NCBI GenBank assembly: GCA_019119365.1
Contig: DWXD01000035.1
Coordinates: 9,271 to 73,270 of the forward strand
Length of the DNA: 64,000 bases
Source: Candidatus Gemmiger stercoripullorum
Lineage (GTDB): Bacteria > Bacillota > Clostridia > Oscillospirales > Ruminococcaceae
Direction of reading: 5' to 3'
The position numbers were made by a program, and so were the translations under genes. The notes beneath the pieces were generated by a model. It was not told where the DNA came from and made no database searches. It saw nothing but the letters and a program-made list of their open reading frames with translations. Position 1 is the stretch's first letter; the number at the start of each line of letters is the position of its first letter. Positions 58,038 through 64,000 of this stretch are shown piece after piece.

Positions 58038-58106
58038 ATGCGGATCGTCATCGTCAAATGTCCGCCCGCGCTGCGCTGGCTGCTGCGGGCCGTCTTTAAA
58101 GTCTGA
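58038..58106 (+). CDS. spoVM: Stage V sporulation protein SpoVM (22 aa; below the ORF-track cutoff)
   Basis: RBS AAAGGGAGG 7 nt before ATG; MRIVIVKCPPALRWLLRAVFKV*, with Lys7 and Pro9 as in B. subtilis SpoVM (MKFYTIKLP...); follows thiN as in B. subtilis; has its own terminator. Confidence 0.85.
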   Translation: MRIVIVKCPPALRWLLRAVFKV

Positions 58107-58113
58107 AAAACTG

Positions 58114-58158
58114 CGCCGCCCGGCACGACTTTCCTCGTGCCGGGCGGCGTTTTATTTT
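58114..58158 (+). terminator. Intrinsic terminator after spoVM
   Basis: CGCCGCCCGGCACGA-CTTTCC-TCGTGCCGGGCGGCG then TTTTATTTT (15-bp stem). Confidence 0.88.
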
Positions 58159-58179
58159 GTCCTGCCTTCGCATATAGAT
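58150..58179 (+). promoter_or_regulatory. Candidate sigma-E promoter of sipL-spoIVA
   Basis: ttTTATT-14 nt-CATATAGAT, resembling the sigma-E pattern (-35 ..ATAtt, 14 nt, CATAca.T). Confidence 0.45.
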
Positions 58180-58227
58180 GCAGCGAAAGCCGGCAACGGC
58201 CTGTACATTGCAAAAGGGAGGACTTGC

Positions 58228-59778
58228 ATGATGGAACTGAAGGTGCTCAACAACACCCTGACCGCCTACAGCGGCCGGTGGGAGACGAGGCTGGAGCTGC
58301 CGGTGGAGGCGGAGATCTTGATCCCCGATTACCTTCCCGCCGTGTTCAAGATCGTCAAATGCCGCCTGGAACCGGTCGTTTTGCACAACGACCTGACCGG
58401 CGCCCGCTGGCAGGGCGACGGCTACCTGCGCTGTACGGTGTTTTACCAGTCGGACGAGGCCGGGGCGCGGCTGTGGCGCACCGAACAGAAGGTGCGCTTT
58501 GAAAAGACGGCCGAGCTCCCCGCCGGCCGCTATGCGCCCGGTCCCGCGGCGCTGGGCGGGGAGACCGAATACTGCAACTGCCGCGCCGTCAGCGAGCGCC
58601 GCATCGACATCCGCGGCGCGTATACGCTGAGCGTGGCCGCGCTGGCGCTGGAAGAGCAGGAGCTGCCCGCCTCGCTGTCCGGCTGCGGGATCGAGCAGCG
58701 CCCGCTCACTTTGTGCGGCGTCACACCGGCTGCGGCGGCCGAAAAGCTCTATACGGCCCAAACCACCCTGCCGCTGCCCGGCGACGGCGAGGCCATTCTG
58801 GAAATCGGCGGCGTCTATGTGCCGCAGAGCGCTACCGTACAGACCGGCCAGGTCAGCGCCCAGGGCACGCTGCGGCTGGAAGCCGTCTGGCGCGCCGCCG
58901 GGGAGGAAGAATTCACCGTGCGGCAGAAGGAACTGACGGTGCAGCAGACAATGGAGGTGGAGAACGCCGCCGAAGGGGACACCTGCTGCTGTTGGGGCGA
59001 GGTGCTTTCGGCCACGCTGACCGCCCCGGAAACAGGCCGCGGCGATCCCGAGCTCACGGTCCAGTGGAAGCTGCATGCCGAGCTGTGGCGGCCTGTTCAC
59101 AGCGCGCTGGTGGCCGACGCGTATTCGACCGAGTGCGAGACCAGGCTGACGATGGCGCCCTGCCGCCTGCTGCAGACCAGCGCCGTCGTGGAGGAAACGG
59201 CGCTGGCTGCGGCGGAGGATGACCTGCCCGACCCGGATACGGAGGTGCGCGGCTGCTTTGTGACGCTGGGGCCGCCCCAGGCGGAAGCGGCGGAAGGCGC
59301 GCCGCAGCCTGCCGTGCGCCTGGGCGGGCGCGGCGTGGCCCATGTGCTGTGCGCCGACAGCCGCGGCGAGCTGACCTGTTATGACAAGCCGTTTTCCTGG
59401 CAGCTGCCCGAAACCTGGCCCGGCGTTCCGGAAACATTTGTGCCGCGCCTGTCCGCGGCGGCGGTGCGCGTCAATTCCAGCCGCAGCGGCGGCCGGCTGC
59501 GCGTGGAGGCGGAGATCGCCGTGCACGGTATGCTGCTGGCCGTGCAGAGCTGCGAGGCGGTCGGCGCTGTCGAACCGGGGGAAGCTTTTGACAAGGGCGC
59601 GGACGGCCCGGCGCTGTATCTCTATTACGCCGAAGCGGGCGAACGACTGTTCGACATAGCCAAGCGTTACCATGCCCGGGTGCGGGACCTGGCGGCGGCC
59701 AACCGGCTGGAAAGCGGACCGGAAGCCCCGCAGACGACGGCGGAGGCCGCCTGCCTGCTGGTCCCGGCCGCACGGTGA
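58228..59778 (+). CDS. sipL: SPOCS/DUF3794 + C-terminal LysM spore coat morphogenetic protein (SipL-like)
   Basis: 516 aa; PDY.P...KIVK N-terminal pattern, repeated beta-rich SPOCS-like segments, C-terminal LysM-like YYAEAGERLFDIAKRYH..V..LAAAN; RBS AAGGGAGG; directly upstream of spoIVA. Confidence 0.72.
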   Translation: MMELKVLNNTLTAYSGRWETRLELPVEAEILIPDYLPAVFKIVKCRLEPVVLHNDLTGARWQGDGYLRCTVFYQSDEAGARLWRTEQKVRFEKTAELPAGRYAPGPAALGGETEYCNCRAVSERRIDIRGAYTLSVAALALEEQELPASLSGCGIEQRPLTLCGVTPAAAAEKLYTAQTTLPLPGDGEAILEIGGVYVPQSATVQTGQVSAQGTLRLEAVWRAAGEEEFTVRQKELTVQQTMEVENAAEGDTCCCWGEVLSATLTAPETGRGDPELTVQWKLHAELWRPVHSALVADAYSTECETRLTMAPCRLLQTSAVVEETALAAAEDDLPDPDTEVRGCFVTLGPPQAEAAEGAPQPAVRLGGRGVAHVLCADSRGELTCYDKPFSWQLPETWPGVPETFVPRLSAAAVRVNSSRSGGRLRVEAEIAVHGMLLAVQSCEAVGAVEPGEAFDKGADGPALYLYYAEAGERLFDIAKRYHARVRDLAAANRLESGPEAPQTTAEAACLLVPAAR

Positions 59779-59794
59779 GAGAGGGGGAGAGAAC

Positions 59795-61267
59795 GTGACC
59801 CAGGAACAGATCTACAAAACCATCGCCCGGCGCACCGGCGGCGATATCTATATCGGCGTGGTGGGGCCGGTGCGCAGCGGCAAAAGCAGCTTTATCAAAC
59901 GCTTTGCCGAACAGATGCTGCTGCCGCACATTGCCAGCGAGGCCCAGCGCACCCGCGCGCAGGACGAACTGCCGCAGTCGGCCGCCGGGCGTACGATCAT
60001 GACGACCGAACCCAAATTTATCCCCGAGCAGGCGGTCGAGGTTGAGCTTTCGGGCGGCGGCAGCTTCCGCGCCCGCATCATCGACTGTGTCGGCTATATG
60101 GTGGACGGCGCGCTCGGGCATGAAGAGGACGGCGCGCCGCGCCTGGTCAAAAGCCCCTGGTTTGAAGAAGCCGTTCCGTTCGACCAGGCAGCCGAGACCG
60201 GGACACGCCGCGTCATCCGCGAGCACGCCACCATCGGGCTGGTCATGACGACTGACGGTTCCGTCGCAGACCTGCCGCGCCAGGCCTATGTTGAAGCGGA
60301 GCGGCGCATCATTGCCGAACTGGAGGAGATCGGCAAGCCGTATCTGATTTTGCTCAACTGCGTATCGCCCGAAAGCGAGGCGAGCCGCGCCCTGGCCGCC
60401 AGCCTGGAGGAAAGCTATGGCCGCCCGGTCGTGCCGCTCAACTGTCTGGAAGTCACGGCCGCGCAGATCGACGAGATCCTGCAGAAACTTCTGTATGAAT
60501 TCCCCGTGCGGGAGATGGCCGTGGCCATGCCGCCCTGGGTCACGATGCTTGAACCCGGCCACTGGCTGCAGAGCGCCATTTATGAAGCCCTGCTCGCTTT
60601 TGGCGCCCGGACGCACAAGATGGGCCAGGTGCGCGGCAACCTGCCGGCTGACTGTGAGTATATCACCGGCGCGGCGCTGACCGGCATGGACCTGGCCACC
60701 GGCAGCGTGCGGCTCAAGCTCACGCTGGCACAGGATCTCTTTTATAAGATACTCGGCGAACAGACCGGCCTTACGATCGTCGACGAGGCCAGCCTGCTGC
60801 CCTGCGTCGTGGAGCTGGCCAAAGCCAGGCGCGCCTACGAAAAGATCCGCGGCGCGCTCGAGCAGGTCGAAGCGGGCGGATATGGCATCGTGATGCCGGG
60901 GCTGGAAGAACTCAAACTGGAAGAACCGCAGATCGTGCGGCAGGGCGGGCAGTACGGCGTGCGGCTGTGCGCCAGCGCGCCGTCTTTGCACATCATGCGC
61001 GCGACCATCCACACCGAACTTTCGCCCACCGTCGGCAGCGAGGAACAGGGCGAGGAACTCATCCGTGACCTGCTCAAAGACTTTGAAGGCGACCCCGGCA
61101 AGCTGTGGGGGACGAACATCTTCGGCAAAAGTCTCAACGAGCTGGTCAACGAAGGGCTGCAGGCCAAGCTGCTGCACATGCCGCAGTCGGCGCGCAGCCG
61201 CCTGCAGACAACGCTCGAGCGCATCATCAACGAAGGCTGCGACGGCCTGATCTGCATTCTTTTGTGA
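59795..61267 (+). CDS. spoIVA: Stage IV sporulation protein A (coat basement-layer ATPase)
   Basis: IARRTGGDIYIGVVGPVRSGKSSFIK, QDELPQS..GRTIMTTEPKF, IDCVGY, C-terminal IINEGC.GLICIL; GTG start 59795. Confidence 0.97.
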   Translation: MTQEQIYKTIARRTGGDIYIGVVGPVRSGKSSFIKRFAEQMLLPHIASEAQRTRAQDELPQSAAGRTIMTTEPKFIPEQAVEVELSGGGSFRARIIDCVGYMVDGALGHEEDGAPRLVKSPWFEEAVPFDQAAETGTRRVIREHATIGLVMTTDGSVADLPRQAYVEAERRIIAELEEIGKPYLILLNCVSPESEASRALAASLEESYGRPVVPLNCLEVTAAQIDEILQKLLYEFPVREMAVAMPPWVTMLEPGHWLQSAIYEALLAFGARTHKMGQVRGNLPADCEYITGAALTGMDLATGSVRLKLTLAQDLFYKILGEQTGLTIVDEASLLPCVVELAKARRAYEKIRGALEQVEAGGYGIVMPGLEELKLEEPQIVRQGGQYGVRLCASAPSLHIMRATIHTELSPTVGSEEQGEELIRDLLKDFEGDPGKLWGTNIFGKSLNELVNEGLQAKLLHMPQSARSRLQTTLERIINEGCDGLICILL

Positions 61268-61287
61268 GGGAGAGGGGAGTGGAGCCG

Positions 61288-61518
61288 ATGCGTCTGCGCT
61301 GGCCCTGCGGGTCTTTACGGCGGGACGCGGCCGCCCGCCGGGCCCGCGCCGCGGCGGTCGAATCGCTGCGGCAGACCTACCGCGCGCTGCGCGCGAACGA
61401 CAGCGCTTTTCAGATGGCGCAGGACCGCCTGGCGGTCGAACAGCTGATCTATGAACGCGCGGCGCTGGAATGCCGCTGCCGCGCGCTGCTGCGTGAACTG
61501 CGGGGAGGGCGCGCATGA
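61288..61518 (+). CDS. yaaL: YaaL/DUF2508-family protein
   Basis: F.MAQD..AVEQLIYE..ALE.R...LLRE pattern; coupled to bofA by ATGA overlap. Confidence 0.7.
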   Translation: MRLRWPCGSLRRDAAARRARAAAVESLRQTYRALRANDSAFQMAQDRLAVEQLIYERAALECRCRALLRELRGGRA

Positions 61519-61766
61519 CGCCCGCCGCCTGGGCGGCCGCCGCTTTGTGCACGGTGGCGGTGGGGCGCGCGGCAGCGGCCGGGCGCCGCCCGCTGTCAGC
61601 GCTGTTCGGCAGCGCTTTGTGCGGGGCGGCGGGGCTTGCGGCGGTGGCGCTGCTTTCGCCGCTGACCGGCGTCAGCCTGCCGCTCAACCCGCTGACCGGG
61701 TTTGCCGCCGCCGTGCTGGGCCTGCCCGGTGTGGTCACGCTGCTTTTTCTGCAGGTCCTGCTTTGA
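61515..61766 (+). CDS. bofA: Pro-sigma-K processing inhibitor BofA family
   Basis: Small hydrophobic protein with G.SLPLNPLT...AAVLGLPGV..L, typical of the BofA C-terminus. Confidence 0.8.
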   Translation: MTPAAWAAAALCTVAVGRAAAAGRRPLSALFGSALCGAAGLAAVALLSPLTGVSLPLNPLTGFAAAVLGLPGVVTLLFLQVLL

Positions 61767-61776
61767 AACGGCCAAC

Positions 61777-61818
61777 AAAAAGCCCGGCGCAGGGGGTGTC
61801 CCTGTGCCGGGCTTTTTG
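61777..61818. terminator. Bidirectional terminator between bofA and rnpB
   Basis: AAAAAGCCCGGCGCAGGG-GGTGT-CCCTGTGCCGGGCTTTTT. Confidence 0.85.
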
Positions 61819-61832
61819 TATGGTGAAGAATA

Positions 61833-62209
61833 AACGACTGGACCGTAAGCCGGGTTCTGTATTAAACGACGATCTATCTTGACCTTGCGTTGCCGCAAGG
61901 CTCCGCCCGCGGGCCGCGGGGGTCCGCCGGCATGCCATCTCCGGGACGTGCGAGGCTTCCACATATGTCCCATACGGATGTTGCTTCTGACAGGGTTTAC
62001 ATAGCCGCAAAGTCGCCAGTGCGCTGGTGAGCTCTTACCTCGCCTTTCCATCCTTACCGCGCCAAAGCACGGCGGTTTCTTTCTGTTGCACTTTCCCTGG
62101 GGTCGCCCCCGGCTGCCGTTAGCAGTTGCCATGCCTCTGTGAAGCCCGGACTTTCCTCAGGCCGCGGCTGTCGCCAGCCGGCGGCCCGCCGCCGTATGTT
62201 CCACTCGTT
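61833..62209 (-). ncRNA. rnpB: RNase P RNA, bacterial type A
   Basis: Minus strand GAGGAAAGTCCGGGC, CAGGGAAAGTGCAACAGAAAG.AACCGCC, AAGG..GAAA, GGTAAGAGC, TAAACC, AGCAA, and 3' ACAGAACCCGGCTTA; 5'/3' P1 pairing. Confidence 0.97.
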
Positions 62210-62216
62210 CCTTACA

Positions 62217-62245
62217 TTTATACCATAACTATTAAATTTTGGCAA
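62217..62245 (-). promoter_or_regulatory. Sigma-A promoter of rnpB
   Basis: Minus strand TTGCCA-17 nt-TATAAA with TG extension. Confidence 0.65.
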
Positions 62246-62250
62246 GCGGT

Positions 62251-62279
62251 TTGCAAGCACTGGCGGTTTGTGCTATAAT
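62251..62279 (+). promoter_or_regulatory. Sigma-A promoter of the RluA-family gene (divergent from rnpB)
   Basis: TTGCAA-17 nt-TATAAT with TG extension. Confidence 0.75.
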
Positions 62280-62319
62280 GGCGAACGTATAAGTATGGGG
62301 AAAGGGGCGTTGTGCGGCT

Positions 62320-63285
62320 GTGGCAGCGCTGTGTTATACGGTGCCGCCCGCGGCGGACGGCGTCCGCCTGGGCGTGTTCCTGCGCGCGCAGGGGGTCAGC
62401 GCCTCCTGCATCAAGGCGGTCAAGCATCAGGGCGAAGGCTTTTTTGCCGACGGCCGCCCGCTGCACACCGACCAGCCGGTCCGCGCCGGGCAGCGCATCA
62501 CCTTTGCGCTGCCGCCGGAACCGCCCACCGCGGTGCAGCCGCAGCCGGTACCGTTTTCCCTGCTGTACGAAGATGAATTTACCGCCCTGGTGGATAAGCC
62601 AGCCGGGATCGCGGTGCACCCCACGCTGAACCACAGCGGCGGCACGCTGGCCAACGGCTGGCTGTACCACCTGCAGCAGCAGGGGCGGGCCGGGGTATTC
62701 CGGCCGGTCAACCGCATCGACAAAAACACCAGCGGCCTGGTGCTGCTGGCGCAGAACGCGTTTTCGGCCCCGGCGCTGGCGGCCAGCGCGGAGAAATGCT
62801 ACCTCGCGCTGGCGGAGGGCGTCATAAGCGCAGACCTCTGCGAGATCGACGCGCCCATCGCCCGCCGCGGCGATTCGATCATCGGCCGCTGTGTGCGGGC
62901 GGACGGCAAGCCCAGCCTGACCCGTGTGCGGGTGCTGGCGGCGGGCGGGGGGCACACCCTGCTGGCCTGCCGCCCGGTCACGGGCCGCACCCACCAGATC
63001 CGCGTACATCTTTCATCCCTGGGGCATCCGCTGGCCGGGGATACGCTTTACGGCGGCCACACCGGCTTGCTGGCGCGGCATGCGCTGCACTGCGCGGCCA
63101 TGCGGTTCAAAGACCCTGTCACCGCGCAGGTGCGGGCGTTTTACTGCCCGGAACCGGCCGATATGGCGTCGGCCCTCGCCGCCTGCGGCCTGCCGCGGGG
63201 CGAAGCGCTGCGCGCTTTGCTGGCGGACGAATGTCCGCGCTTTTCTCAATGCACGCGCCCGGCGCGGGAAGGAGAACACCTTTGA
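62320..63285 (+). CDS. RluA/RluD-family pseudouridine synthase
   Basis: VDKPAG..VHP, VNRIDKNTSGLVL, TGRTHQIRVH....GHPLAGD..YG, LHC. Confidence 0.94.
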   Translation: MAALCYTVPPAADGVRLGVFLRAQGVSASCIKAVKHQGEGFFADGRPLHTDQPVRAGQRITFALPPEPPTAVQPQPVPFSLLYEDEFTALVDKPAGIAVHPTLNHSGGTLANGWLYHLQQQGRAGVFRPVNRIDKNTSGLVLLAQNAFSAPALAASAEKCYLALAEGVISADLCEIDAPIARRGDSIIGRCVRADGKPSLTRVRVLAAGGGHTLLACRPVTGRTHQIRVHLSSLGHPLAGDTLYGGHTGLLARHALHCAAMRFKDPVTAQVRAFYCPEPADMASALAACGLPRGEALRALLADECPRFSQCTRPAREGEHL

Positions 63286-64000
63286 AAACATCCCAACTTG
63301 AAGATAAGACCCGGCGCAGGCAGCGCAAAGGCCCCGGCCGTTTTGCGCTCTGGCTGGATGACGTCCGCTGCCGCCGCACGGTCAGCGCCTGGAAGCGGCG
63401 CACCCGCAAACAGGCCCGCCGCCACCGCACGCGGGCGTATTTGCAGAACCTGCCCCATGCGGGCGTGATCGGCGACACGCTGTATCTGACCGGGTTCTGG
63501 GTCGAATACGGCCTTGTCTGTGCGGGCCGCGGCGTGGCCAAAACGCTGCAGGCGGTCGTCAACCAGGCGCTGCACCTTCTTGTGCTGGTGCTGCGCCCGT
63601 TTCTGCTGGGCATCATGACGCTCGCAGGGGACCTGAGCGAGCCGTTCCGCCGCATGCATTCCGGCGTGCGCCATATGGGGGAACTCTCGCAGGTGCTGGA
63701 GCAGGAGGACAGCCGGGACATCCGGCGCGAGAAATTCCGCTATTTCCGCCGCGGGGCCAAGCTGTATTTCCCGGTCGTACTCAACGCGCTGTCCTACCTT
63801 TTGCCGGTGGCGGCCGCCGTGGGGCTTTTCTGCCTTGTGCAGTCGCGCCTGAGCGTCAACTATGTGCTGGACGTCATGGTCAACGGTGAACCGGTCGGCA
63901 GCGTTTCGAGCGAACAGGTGTTTGAGAGCGCCCGAGACGACGTCCAGGGGCGTATCCAGACCGCGCAGAGCCTGCTGGGGGAAACCGATACGGAGGCTTT
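63282..64000 (+). CDS. Membrane-anchored protein, 5' part only (possibly the N-terminus of a cell-wall M23/LysM-type protein)
   Basis: Manual translation from TTG 63282 (RBS GGAAGGAG) stays open to the window end: basic N-terminus, hydrophobic helices, then YVLDVMVNGEPVGSVSSEQVF. Product identity is inferred; no catalytic domain lies in the window. Confidence 0.6.
   Translation, partial: MKTSQLEDKTRRRQRKGPGRFALWLDDVRCRRTVSAWKRRTRKQARRHRTRAYLQNLPHAGVIGDTLYLTGFWVEYGLVCAGRGVAKTLQAVVNQALHLLVLVLRPFLLGIMTLAGDLSEPFRRMHSGVRHMGELSQVLEQEDSRDIRREKFRYFRRGAKLYFPVVLNALSYLLPVAAAVGLFCLVQSRLSVNYVLDVMVNGEPVGSVSSEQVFESARDDVQGRIQTAQSLLGETDTEA

Noticed and set aside
58006-58227. 5' extension of the 590-aa ORF from the track
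   Set aside because: It overlaps spoVM and a terminator; the real start is ATG 58228 with RBS AAGGGAGG.
35122-59673. Long antisense ORFs (e.g. 35122-37674, 38464-40356, 43841-45373, 46822-49614, 58096-59673)
   Set aside because: Shadows of ftsK, metF, dnaX, gmk/priA and sipL; stop-poor because of high GC.
1-64000. CRISPR arrays, IS elements, prophage, rRNA
   Set aside because: No regularly spaced repeats, transposase/integrase/phage genes or rRNA signatures were seen by eye.

Overview
GC-rich chromosomal segment from a Clostridia-type Firmicute; gene content and order suggest Oscillospiraceae/Ruminococcaceae (inference). It is mostly core genome: a de novo purine cluster (purE-C-F-M-N, stand-alone IMP cyclohydrolase, short purH, purD, purL running off the left edge), a T-box-controlled leuA-C-D-B operon, and a surface-glycan locus (fnlABC for UDP-L-FucNAc, WbuB-like GT4, GT2+DUF2304, MBOAT+SGNH). 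It continues with pepT, tRNA-Gly(CCC), tdk, rex, tepA-ftsK-comEC-like-metF-split metH, SRP RNA-dnaX-ybaB-recR, and the yicC-remA-gmk-priA-def-fmt-rsmB-rlmN-phosphatase-kinase-rsgA-thiN cluster. The right end holds a contiguous sporulation block (22-aa spoVM missed by the ORF track, sipL-like, spoIVA, yaaL, bofA), RNase P RNA and a RluA-family gene. The only clear compositional outlier is a ~1.3 kb AT-rich insert carrying an EcsC-family gene. No IS, integrase, prophage or CRISPR array was seen. Best leads: (1) a ~200-nt terminator-containing purE leader matching no riboswitch consensus I recognise; (2) the clustered spoVM-sipL-spoIVA spore-coat module; (3) the L-FucNAc/O-acylation locus lacking wzx/wzy; (4) atypical elements in the RNase P, SRP and tRNA-Gly RNAs. 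All assignments come from reading the sequence and recalled motifs; no database searches were run.
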